IMG/VR virus record: IMGVR_UViG_3300028603_000001
Coordinates: 64,001 to 128,000 of that record
Reading direction: 5' to 3' (one strand)
Length of the DNA stretch: 64,000 bases
Origin: a virus
Taxonomy: Duplodnaviria > Caudoviricetes
The notes below the pieces were generated by a model. It was not told where the DNA came from. It saw only the letters and a list, made by a program, of their open reading frames with translations, and searched no databases. The position numbers and the translations under genes were made by a program. Below are positions 38,814 to 48,347 of the stretch, piece after piece; the first letter of the stretch is position 1, and the number at the start of each line of letters is the position of its first letter.

Positions 38814-39872
38814 GTGTTACCAGAATTAAAACCAGAACAACAAAATTGGACAAATCCATTTAAGGATATAAAACTAACTCCGTATCGATTAATTGCAGCA
38901 GGTGGTGGACCTAGAAATGTTGTCTTTCCTGATGGCTCAATTTTAAGTGCTGGAGATGTCAAACGTGAATTGAATTATCCTGGATTATTTGCTTGGAATG
39001 CCGAGAAAAAAGAATTGTTAGAATCGGTAGAATTTCTACATAAAAATCCTGATAGTAATTGGGATTTAGTAGTTGATAGTGGAGCTTATTCTGCTTGGTC
39101 AAAAGGTAAAATGTTTGATATGGATGAGTATATTACTTTTCTAGAATCAAATAAAATTTTAGACGTGTGTTTTTGGGCTGCTGAAGCGGATGTTATTCCT
39201 GGTTCCTTTGGAGTTGACCCGACAGAAGAACAAAGATTATCTGCGCCTGAAGAATCTTGGAATAATTACCTATACATGATTAAACGAGTTTCATGGCCTA
39301 AAAAGATAGTTCCTATTTTCCACCAAGGAGAAGATTTTAAACATTTGAGAAGAATGTTAGAGTATACATTTCCTGATGGTGATCATATTCCTTATATTGG
39401 GATTTCACCTAGAAATGATGTTCATGTAAGTGAAAAAATGAAGTGGTATGAAATGGTTTGGGGAATTATCAGAGAAAGTTCAAATCCAAATGTTTTAACT
39501 CATAACTTTGGTATGACAACAATCTCTATGATGGAACAATATCCAAGCTGTAGTTCAGATTCTACATCTTGCGTAAGAAGCGCTTCGTTTGGAAATATTA
39601 TGTTAGTAGTAAATGGTAAAGTTAAATCTATTTACGTAAGTGATCGACACATGGACAGTTCAGACCACATCTTAAATCAACCGCAGGCTATCAAAGAAGC
39701 AGTTGAGGAAGAATGTAAACGTATAGGACATGGATTAACTTTAAATGATTTAGTTTATAATGACCCAAAAGGGCAATACAGAGCTTTATTTAATTTATTT
39801 TCTTTATATGAATGGAGTTCAAATTTTGTATATGAAGGAACAAATCAATTTAAAGAATCATTATGGGATTAA
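38814..39872 (+). CDS. dpdA: DpdA-like / TGT-fold guanine transglycosylase
   Basis: VVDSGAYS, D-V-I-P, PIFHQGED, YIGIS, HNFG, SSDSTS motifs. Confidence 0.75.
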   Translation: MLPELKPEQQNWTNPFKDIKLTPYRLIAAGGGPRNVVFPDGSILSAGDVKRELNYPGLFAWNAEKKELLESVEFLHKNPDSNWDLVVDSGAYSAWSKGKMFDMDEYITFLESNKILDVCFWAAEADVIPGSFGVDPTEEQRLSAPEESWNNYLYMIKRVSWPKKIVPIFHQGEDFKHLRRMLEYTFPDGDHIPYIGISPRNDVHVSEKMKWYEMVWGIIRESSNPNVLTHNFGMTTISMMEQYPSCSSDSTSCVRSASFGNIMLVVNGKVKSIYVSDRHMDSSDHILNQPQAIKEAVEEECKRIGHGLTLNDLVYNDPKGQYRALFNLFSLYEWSSNFVYEGTNQFKESLWD

Positions 39873-39901
39873 AATGAGAAAAGAAAGGAATATAAATAAA
39901 A

Positions 39902-41032
39902 ATGATATTAAACACAAAAGAATTTAAAAATATTTGTAGTATAATTTTAAGTGCTGTCGATGGAAGTGAATTATCAAACTTAACAGAAACACTTGAATTA
40001 AAAACAATTGGAAAAACATTAACGTTATCAACAACCAATAAAGAGTATTACGCTAAAGTTTCGTTCCCTTTAGAACACGAAGAAGATTTTCACGCAGCGG
40101 TTAACGCTAATTTATTCTTAAAACTAATTGCTGCTATCACAACAGAAACAGTTGAATTGTTAGTAAAAGGAAATGTACTACATATTAAAGCGAACGGTAA
40201 TTATAAACTTCCTATTATCACTGAAAATGATAAGATGTTAGAAATTCCTGTTATTACAATCGAAAATAAAACCTTAGAAATGAATATCAATAGCTCTGTT
40301 TTAGACAGCATTGTGACTTATAATAGTAAACAATTAGCTATCGGCTCTGTTGCAAAACCAGTTCAAAAAATGTTTTATGTTGATAATAAAGGTTGTATAA
40401 CTTTTACAACAGGAGCCTGCGTAAACAGTTTTGAATTAGAAAAACCATTCTCTTTATTATTAAATAGTCGCTTAGTAAATCTATTCAAATTATTTAAAAA
40501 TACAGTTGTAAAATTCAGTTTAGGTTATGATCCAATCAGTGAAACAATTATCCAAACAAAAGTCTCTTTTGAGACTGATACAATAACTTTAACAGCTGTC
40601 ACAGGATGTGATGATAAATTATTAAGTCAAGTTCCAGTTGATGCAATTAGGGGAAGAGCTAATAAAGCTTATGATAATGTTGTTGTTCTAAATGTTATAG
40701 CAATTACAGAAGCTATTAACCGTCTACTATTATTTAGTGCTGGATATGGAAGTAAAGAAAATCTAAAACCTTATAGCTTATTTAAATTTGTAGATGATAA
40801 AGTAACTATTTATGATACTAAAGAAGAAAACACAGAGATTTTAAATTATCAAAATGGAACAACTCTTACAAATGAATATTCAATGACTTTAGATTTAATT
40901 GAATTTAAAAAAGTTTTAGATAACTGCAATGAACAGTATATGACAATGAACTTCGGAGATGGAAAAGCTTGTGTTATAACTAGAGGTTCTATTAAAAATG
41001 TATTACCTGAAGTAGTAACGAAATCTGTATAA
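39902..41032 (+). CDS. dnaN: Sliding clamp, DNA polymerase III beta-like
   Basis: 376 aa beta-clamp length and pattern (LTLSTTN, terminal V-L-P); clamp-loader genes nearby. Confidence 0.65.
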   Translation: MILNTKEFKNICSIILSAVDGSELSNLTETLELKTIGKTLTLSTTNKEYYAKVSFPLEHEEDFHAAVNANLFLKLIAAITTETVELLVKGNVLHIKANGNYKLPIITENDKMLEIPVITIENKTLEMNINSSVLDSIVTYNSKQLAIGSVAKPVQKMFYVDNKGCITFTTGACVNSFELEKPFSLLLNSRLVNLFKLFKNTVVKFSLGYDPISETIIQTKVSFETDTITLTAVTGCDDKLLSQVPVDAIRGRANKAYDNVVVLNVIAITEAINRLLLFSAGYGSKENLKPYSLFKFVDDKVTIYDTKEENTEILNYQNGTTLTNEYSMTLDLIEFKKVLDNCNEQYMTMNFGDGKACVITRGSIKNVLPEVVTKSV

Positions 41033-41058
41033 TATTATGTAGAAAGGAATAGTTTGTT

Positions 41059-41802
41059 ATGCTTATTGACTTATTAAACTCGTCTAATTATATAATGGTT
41101 AATATGGAAGCTATTCGCATTTTTGGATTAAACACAGCAGTATATTGTTCAGAATTATTGAATATATATAAAAAAGCTGTAACTAAAAATAAATTATATA
41201 ATGAAAACTACTTTAAAATTGATAGGGACTATATTAAAAAACAGACTTCACTAGAAATTGAAGATCAACTGAAATGTGATGCTAATTTACGCAAAGTTAA
41301 TATAATACAACCAGATGAAACAAATCCAGATATTATTTATTTTGATGTTGAGATTTACGCTTCTTTATTATCAAGCGAAGATGTTAAATTATTAGACAAA
41401 GTTTCAGCTAAAGTAAAAGTTGAAAACCCTAAAAACATAAAACAAGTACAGCGAGATAGAATTATTATCGCGTTAAAAGAATCTATCAGGTGTAAGACTG
41501 TCCCTGTGATGCAAAAACTTCAAGAGTGGATTGATTCTATTATGGCAGATCCTAATAAATATCTATCCAAACAGCAAGTTTCTGCTTTTAAAGACACTTT
41601 AGATGATTATTGTAATGGAGATTTACAGAAAGCTTTAGATATTATTAACATCGCTATGATACAGGGGTATATCAACTGTCAATGGGCTATTAATCTTTAT
41701 GAAAGGGATAATAAACCACGCATGTCCTCTAACCCGTCTGTAGGTGCGGTACGAGTAACACAGCAGAAAAAAACAACATCATTGGGAACAGAAGAATTTT
41801 AA
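41059..41802 (+). CDS. Replication initiator-like protein (winged helix N-terminus)
   Basis: VN...R.FGLNTAVY..EL...YF......I...TSL pattern. Confidence 0.5.
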   Translation: MLIDLLNSSNYIMVNMEAIRIFGLNTAVYCSELLNIYKKAVTKNKLYNENYFKIDRDYIKKQTSLEIEDQLKCDANLRKVNIIQPDETNPDIIYFDVEIYASLLSSEDVKLLDKVSAKVKVENPKNIKQVQRDRIIIALKESIRCKTVPVMQKLQEWIDSIMADPNKYLSKQQVSAFKDTLDDYCNGDLQKALDIINIAMIQGYINCQWAINLYERDNKPRMSSNPSVGAVRVTQQKKTTSLGTEEF

Positions 41803-41860
41803 AATAAACATAAATATTGATTATAACTACATTTGAGCTATGAAAAGGAGATTATAGAAG

Positions 41861-42139
41861 ATGGCTAAAAAAACAACGATAAGATGCCCTCACTGCAACG
41901 CAGAATATTTACCAGCGGAGATATATTACCCAAACGAATTTTTAGGTAAACCTTTTAACATCATTAAAGATGGTGCAGGAAATATTCTAGGGTATAATGG
42001 GGATGATATGAATACAGAAGAAACATATAGATGCGATAATTGTGATAAACCTTTTAATATAGATGCTTCGGTTACTTTCAGAACAACATCAGCTATAGAT
42101 ATTTTTGAGGAAGATGAGTTTGACATTCCTGAAAAATAA
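41861..42139 (+). CDS. Zinc-ribbon protein
   Basis: CPHC...CDNC. Confidence 0.6.
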   Translation: MAKKTTIRCPHCNAEYLPAEIYYPNEFLGKPFNIIKDGAGNILGYNGDDMNTEETYRCDNCDKPFNIDASVTFRTTSAIDIFEEDEFDIPEK

Positions 42140-42153
42140 GGAAGGAAAAACTA

Positions 42154-43158
42154 ATGATTAGAATAAAAGAAGACAAGTGTTTAAAACTGTCGGGGATAAC
42201 ATCATTATTTATATCTTTTGATTTTAATCTGAAAGTTATTGAAGTTATAAAATCAACAGATAAGTACGATTATAATAAAAAAACACATACATGGGAAGTT
42301 CCAATAACATCACTTGCTTATCTTTTAGATGAATTAACTTATATTGATGATATTGAGCTGCAGTTATATAATGAAACAGATAGTAAAGAACATTACTATC
42401 CAACATTGAATTATAAAATTCCACCTTTTAAGCACCAACTAGAAGGCATCGAATGGGGATTAAACATAAAAAAGGGGTTATTATTAGATGAGCCTGGAGC
42501 TGGAAAAACAACACAGATGATTTATTTAGCTGAAGAATTGAAAGCACAAAAAGGATTAGAACATTGTTTAATTATTTGTGGTATTAACGCTTTAAAATCA
42601 AACTGGAAAAAAGAAATAAATAAATTTTCTAGTTTATCTTGCAGAGTTTTAGGTGAAAAAGTAAATTCCAAAGGTAAAATTTCTTATTCAACAGTTAAGG
42701 AAAGGGTTCAAGAATTATTATCTCCAATAGATGCTTTTTTTGTCATCATCAATATAGAGACAATCAGATCAGATGAGGTTATCAAAGCAATAAAAAATGG
42801 TCCTAATAAGTTTGAAATGATAGTTGTTGATGAAGTACATAAGTGTTTTTCTGGTGATACATTAATAGCTACCGATAAAGGAAGTTTAAAAATAAAAGAT
42901 ATTGTTGAAAATAAATTAATGTGTAAAATTAAATCATATAATATCGACACTAATAAAGAAGAATATAAAGATATAGATATTTACTCATTATATAAATCTG
43001 AAAATGAAGAATCATTAATTCAATTAGAGATATTAGATGATAATAATAAGATACATATAATTAAATGTACGTTAGACCATCCAATATACACATTAAACAG
43101 AGGTTATGTAAAAGCTGAAAATTTACTAGAAACTGATGATATTTTAATCAATAATTAA
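42154..43158 (+). CDS. SNF2-family helicase N-part fused to N-intein (42844-43155)
   Basis: LDEPGAGKT, DEVHK then CFSGDTLI (block A), CTLDHPIYT (block B). Confidence 0.92.
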   Translation: MIRIKEDKCLKLSGITSLFISFDFNLKVIEVIKSTDKYDYNKKTHTWEVPITSLAYLLDELTYIDDIELQLYNETDSKEHYYPTLNYKIPPFKHQLEGIEWGLNIKKGLLLDEPGAGKTTQMIYLAEELKAQKGLEHCLIICGINALKSNWKKEINKFSSLSCRVLGEKVNSKGKISYSTVKERVQELLSPIDAFFVIINIETIRSDEVIKAIKNGPNKFEMIVVDEVHKCFSGDTLIATDKGSLKIKDIVENKLMCKIKSYNIDTNKEEYKDIDIYSLYKSENEESLIQLEILDDNNKIHIIKCTLDHPIYTLNRGYVKAENLLETDDILINN

Positions 43159-43205
43159 TTGCTAAATTAGGTGTAAAAGTACACCGAAACAACAAGGAGT
43201 TAATT

Positions 43206-44324
43206 ATGAAAAAAATTTATAAGATAGTAAATACAGTAAATGATAAGATCTATATTGGAAAAACAATTAAAAAACTAGAAGATCGATTTAATGCTCATTT
43301 ATATGAAGCTAAAAGGTATGCAAAATGCTGCTTAGAAAAGAAATCATTTGGATATAATAGCTTGTTATATCCCGCTATGATAAAATACGGATGTGAAAAT
43401 TTTAAAATAGAATTAATTTCAGATTTTCCAGATGATGTTAATTTAGAAAATCTAGAAATTGAATATATAAAAAAATTTAATACGTGTGACCCAAATATTG
43501 GTTACAATATAAGCCCTGGAGGATTAGGTGGACCTTTATTTAAAGGACATATTCATTCAGATAAAGTGCGAAAACTAGCAAGCTTAAGGACTAAAGGTAT
43601 ACCACAATCTAAAGAATTTGTCGAAAAAAGAGTTCATAAACATAGAAAAAGATATCAAAATCTAAATACCGGAGAGATTTTCGAAGGTGCGAAAGCTGCT
43701 GAACAGGTTTATGGCGGGAGTATATATTATGCTGTAAAATATAATGGTAAGGCTAATGGTTATTTTTGGATAATGCTTGATGATAATCATTTCAATGGTT
43801 ATGATGAAATCGAAAGGTCAGAAATAGTAGCAATTCGGGAACAAGACTTACATAAAAGACGAGTTGAAGCTGTAATGAAGGGGAAACAAACCCAATCAGA
43901 AGAAGCAAAAAAGAAAGCTATAGAAAAAAGAGTCTTAACCTATAAAGAGAGAGCTTCTAATAGAACAAGAGAAGAAAAACTTAGGATAGCTAGAAATATT
44001 TCTCAAAGCCTAAAAGGTAAAAAACATTCACCAGAACGAATTCAAAAATTAAAAGATTATTATAAAACAGCACCTATAGAAGAATTAGAATTAAGATGGA
44101 AACGTAATGGTGATGGTCAAAGAGGTAAAAAACGTTATGAAAATGTAGATACTGGTAAACATAAAATGTTTATTCCAGGGCAACAACCAGAAGGATGGGT
44201 GAGGGTAATATCAAAACCAAAACCTAGGGGAAAGAGAAAATTTACAAATAAAATAACAGGTGAACATAAAATGTTTTTTCCTGAAGATGTTGATACTAAT
44301 TTATGGGAAAGGACTAGAAAATAA
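43206..44324 (+). mobile_element. Free-standing GIY-YIG homing endonuclease between split-intein halves
   Basis: KIYKI...IYIGKT...RF..H, GYNI..GG, NUMOD3-like KGHIHS and KGKKHS; GCTAAATTA at 43161. Confidence 0.9.
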
Positions 44325-45415
44325 TGCTTGGAAAATTAATTAAAAAAGAAAAGCTTTTCGATAAAGAGATAGTTTATAATATTGGTGTTGCTGATAATGA
44401 TAATTATTTTGCAAATAACATATTAGTTCACAACTGTAAAAATAAATCTAGCCAGCAAGGTGATAATCTGCTTAAATTAACCGCTGATTACACTATAGGC
44501 TTAAGCGGTACTTTGATTTTAAATAATCCGATTGATGCCTTTGTTCCTTTAAAGTGGATTGGAGCAGAAAAATCTAATTTAACTAATTTTAAAGGAACTT
44601 ATTGCGTATATGGGGGATTTGGAAACAGAGAGATAATTGGGTATAAGAACTTAGATATATTAAAAGAAGTTCTACAAAAATACTCATTAAGAAGAACAAA
44701 ATCTGAATTTGCTGATTTACCTCCTAAAACAATTATTCGAGAAACTTTGGAAATGGACGCTTCTCATAAAAAGTTTTATGAAGATGTAAAAGCAGGAATT
44801 AAATCTGAGTGTGACAAAATAGAATTAAAAGCTGGAAATCTTTTATCATTAACCACGAGGTTAAGGCAAGCAACTAGCTGTCCATCTGAATTAACATCTT
44901 CTAATATAAAATCAGTTAAACTTGAACGCGCTGTTGAATTAGTAAGAGAAATTATTAGTAACGGAGATAAAGTCTTAGTGATGTCGATGTTTAAAGCTCC
45001 TATCTATGAACTCAGTAAGCTATTAGCTGAATATAAACCACTTATAGGAACTGGAGATCTTTCAGATGATGATGTATCTAAGAATAATGATTTATTTCAA
45101 GAAGATCCTAACTATAAAGTATTCTTAGGGACAGTTCAAAAAATAGGTACTGGGTTGACTTTTAATGCCGCTAATTATGCGATATTTATTGATTGTGCTT
45201 GGACAGCTGGTATGCAAGTACAATATGAAGATAGAATACACAGATTTGGAAGCACAAAACCAGTGTTTATTTATAGATTAATCTGTGAAAACACCTTTGA
45301 TGAAATTGTTGAAGAGATATTAGAAACAAAAAAAGCTTTCAGTGATTTCTTGATAGATGATGTTATTGATGAATCAACAATTCAAATACTGAGAAAATAT
45401 ATAGAAGATTTATAA
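44324..45415 (+). CDS. C-intein (44324-44434) fused to SNF2 helicase C-part
   Basis: VYNIGV..NDNYFANNILVHN|C; then LSGT...N, LRQ, GTGLTF, W......QYEDRIHRFG. Confidence 0.92.
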   Translation: MLGKLIKKEKLFDKEIVYNIGVADNDNYFANNILVHNCKNKSSQQGDNLLKLTADYTIGLSGTLILNNPIDAFVPLKWIGAEKSNLTNFKGTYCVYGGFGNREIIGYKNLDILKEVLQKYSLRRTKSEFADLPPKTIIRETLEMDASHKKFYEDVKAGIKSECDKIELKAGNLLSLTTRLRQATSCPSELTSSNIKSVKLERAVELVREIISNGDKVLVMSMFKAPIYELSKLLAEYKPLIGTGDLSDDDVSKNNDLFQEDPNYKVFLGTVQKIGTGLTFNAANYAIFIDCAWTAGMQVQYEDRIHRFGSTKPVFIYRLICENTFDEIVEEILETKKAFSDFLIDDVIDESTIQILRKYIEDL

Positions 45416-45557
45416 GATAACCCTAACCGCTAAATTAAGTGCATAAATCTAATATAGAAACAAGCCAAGATGGAATCATATGCTGTAATGTTTTCATCTT
45501 ATATTTTTTATATTAGTAAAAAATATAATTAATTAAATAATAAGAAGGAGAAGAATA

Positions 45558-45758
45558 ATGGAAGTGATATTATTTACAACACATTGCCCTAAATGCCGAG
45601 TGTTGACTATGAAATTAGAAGAGAAGAAAATAAAATATGAAACTAGAACAGATGTTGATGAAATGATTGAATTAGGAATAATGTCTGCACCTATGCTTAA
45701 AGTAAATGGAAAATTCTTTGATTTTTCAGCAGCCATGAATTGGATAAAGGAGCAGTAG
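45558..45758 (+). CDS. Glutaredoxin/NrdH-like redoxin
   Basis: CPKC, SAP motif; upstream of nrdD. Confidence 0.8.
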   Translation: MEVILFTTHCPKCRVLTMKLEEKKIKYETRTDVDEMIELGIMSAPMLKVNGKFFDFSAAMNWIKEQ

Positions 45759-45762
45759 AAAG

Positions 45763-47730
45763 ATGTTAATTTCATTGAAACTTACTAAAGATTTTGAAAA
45801 CTGTTTGGAAGATTTAAAAAAAGAATTTGGAGAAGATTTTGAGTATATAAACGGCGTACATTCAAGTCAGTTAGATTTTTCAGAATTCTTAAATAACTTT
45901 GTAGATAAAGACACTATGGCTGATGCAACTATCGACCCAAATTCTAACGCTAATCATAAAGACATCAGATCGTTTATGACTGAAAAAGCTAAATCAGAAG
46001 ATAAATTATTTGGGTTAAATAAAATATTTTTAACGATCAAAAAAATGTGGGGTTTAAAAACTGCAAAACAGTGGTTAAGACAAGAATTCAGTAAAGGTTT
46101 CTACCTTAATGATTCTGCATCAGCTAGTTATTACCCATATTGCTGGTCAAATGATCTTACCAAACTAGCGACTGAGGGGTTATTTTTCTTAAAAAACTAT
46201 AATAATAAAGCTCCAAAACATTTAACAACGTATTTTGATGATGTTATTGAATTTGTTTCTTTTTTAAGTAACAGACAGTCTGGAGCTGTTGGTTTACCGA
46301 ATGTTTTAATTTGGGCTTATTATTTCTGGAAAAAAGATGTTGAGGATAATTATTACACTAGAGATCCACAAACTTATCTAAGACAAAATCTTCAGAAATT
46401 TATATATAGATTAAATCAACCTTTTTTAAGAATTGATCAATGTGCTTTTACCAATGTTTCTATTTTTGATAGACGTTATTTAGAAGCTTTATTTGGAGGT
46501 GTTATATTTCCAGATGGAACGTTAGTTGTAGATTGCATAGAGGGATTGATTGAAATTCAAAAGATATTTATGGAAGTTGTAAGTGATATTAGAGAAGAAC
46601 AAATGTTTACGTTCCCAATCTTGACTTTTTCTTTATTATATAGCGATGGAACGTTCCAAGACGAAGAATTTGCTAAGTGGGCAAGTACACATAATATGAA
46701 ATGGTCAGACAGTAACTTCTTTATCTCAGATAACGTTGGGGTATTATCAAATTGTTGTCGTTTATTATCAGATACAGCAAAAGTAAACAAATTGGGTGGC
46801 TTTGTAAACAGTATTGGTGGAACAGCTTTATCAATAGGTTCTTGCCGTGTTTCTACTATAAACTTAGTAAGAATAGCTTATGAATCTTTAAATTATGGCT
46901 CACCTAAAAAAGAACCTTCTAAAGAAAAGGCTAAAGAAAATTATCTAAACATTTTACGTGATAGAACGCTATTAAATTGTAAAGCTTTAGCTTCAATGCG
47001 CCATATTTTAAAAAGAAATATAGAAAAAGGGTTACTTCCAAACTACCAAGAAGGAGCAGTTGAATTAGATAAACAGTACTGCACGATTGGAATTTTGGGT
47101 ATGTATGAGGTTATGGATATATTTGGTCTTATTAGCACTGATGAGTTTGGGAATAAATATTATACTGATGAGGCTATAGATTTTGCAAGTAATATATTTT
47201 ATATTTTAAATGAGGTTAAGGATAACTTCGAATGTGATTTTACCTTTAATATAGAAGCTATACCAGCAGAAAACTGTGCAGGAGTTATTTGTTCGGCTGA
47301 TAATTTAATATATGAGCAAAATAAATATTTCATATATAGTAATCAATGGATACCTTTAATGGAAAAATGTACCATCCAAGAAAAATGTAAAGTTAGTTCT
47401 ATATTAGACGCTAAATGCTCTGGTGGTGCGATAGCTCATATAAATATTGAGAGTAAGTTTGCAACTGAAGAGCAGGCATGGGATATGTTAACTTATGTTG
47501 CAAGTAAAGGTGTTATTTATTCAGCTTTTACAACAAAAATAAATGTTTGTAAATATAGACACGCTTTTATTGGTTATTCTTCTTGTCCTGATTGTGGGGA
47601 ACCTGTGGTTGATCAATATTCTCGCGTTGTGGGTTTTTACGTACCAGTTTCTAGCTATCAAAAAATAAGAAAAAGAGAATTTAATGTAAGAAAGTGGTAT
47701 AACACGCTTAATAGACCTGAGGTAATGTAA
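45763..47730 (+). CDS. nrdD: Class III anaerobic ribonucleotide reductase
   Basis: PYC, QSGA, TFP, SNCCRL, E-x-IPAE, SGG, C..H...CPDC, YSRVVGF glycyl loop. Confidence 0.93.
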   Translation: MLISLKLTKDFENCLEDLKKEFGEDFEYINGVHSSQLDFSEFLNNFVDKDTMADATIDPNSNANHKDIRSFMTEKAKSEDKLFGLNKIFLTIKKMWGLKTAKQWLRQEFSKGFYLNDSASASYYPYCWSNDLTKLATEGLFFLKNYNNKAPKHLTTYFDDVIEFVSFLSNRQSGAVGLPNVLIWAYYFWKKDVEDNYYTRDPQTYLRQNLQKFIYRLNQPFLRIDQCAFTNVSIFDRRYLEALFGGVIFPDGTLVVDCIEGLIEIQKIFMEVVSDIREEQMFTFPILTFSLLYSDGTFQDEEFAKWASTHNMKWSDSNFFISDNVGVLSNCCRLLSDTAKVNKLGGFVNSIGGTALSIGSCRVSTINLVRIAYESLNYGSPKKEPSKEKAKENYLNILRDRTLLNCKALASMRHILKRNIEKGLLPNYQEGAVELDKQYCTIGILGMYEVMDIFGLISTDEFGNKYYTDEAIDFASNIFYILNEVKDNFECDFTFNIEAIPAENCAGVICSADNLIYEQNKYFIYSNQWIPLMEKCTIQEKCKVSSILDAKCSGGAIAHINIESKFATEEQAWDMLTYVASKGVIYSAFTTKINVCKYRHAFIGYSSCPDCGEPVVDQYSRVVGFYVPVSSYQKIRKREFNVRKWYNTLNRPEVM

Positions 47731-47733
47731 TAA

Positions 47734-48213
47734 ATGATTTTAAAGAATATTATTGCAGAAGATTTTACTAATTATCATAAAGCCAGTATGTGGTTAATAT
47801 TTCCTTATTGTGATTTTAAATGTGATAAAGAGCAAGGTATAAAAATATGTCAAAATAGTTCTTTATCGCAATCTGCTAATATAAAAATATCAGTTGATTC
47901 TATAATTGAAAAATATCTAAATAATACAATAACAAAAGCTGTAGTTTGCGGGGGTTTAGAGCCTATGGATAGTTTCAATGATTTATTTGAGTTTGTATAT
48001 AAATTAAGAACTACGTATAATTGTGATGATGATATTATAATATATACCGGTTACTATAAAGAAAAAATCTTAGATAAAATAGCAGATCTAAAAAACTTTA
48101 ATAATATAATAATCAAGTTTGGAAGATATATTCCGAATCAAAAACCACATTTTGATCCGATTTTGAAAATAGAGTTAGCTAGCGATAATCAGTATGCAGA
48201 AAGAATCTCTTAG
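47734..48213 (+). CDS. nrdG: NrdD activase (radical SAM)
   Basis: CDFKC...CQN, GGLEP, YTGY, ASDNQ. Confidence 0.85.
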   Translation: MILKNIIAEDFTNYHKASMWLIFPYCDFKCDKEQGIKICQNSSLSQSANIKISVDSIIEKYLNNTITKAVVCGGLEPMDSFNDLFEFVYKLRTTYNCDDDIIIYTGYYKEKILDKIADLKNFNNIIIKFGRYIPNQKPHFDPILKIELASDNQYAERIS

Positions 48214-48347
48214 ATGCAAGTACTCTTCTTGTGTAAAAGAAATGAGTGATAATAATAATTGGAGGATTAATTAATGCTCCAATTTTTTATTTAATTGAAG
48301 AAAATTGTATATTATTATATATAAGTATAAAAATTAGGAGGCTTTTA

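Noticed and set aside
45456-45510. Regulatory RNA upstream of the redoxin-nrdDG operon
   Set aside because: Only an imperfect AAGATGGAA/TTTCATCTT hairpin; no known riboswitch or NrdR-box pattern recognised.
48246-48347. N-terminal extension of the topoisomerase B ORF
   Set aside because: Covers a terminator hairpin and promoter motif; SD supports ATG 48348.
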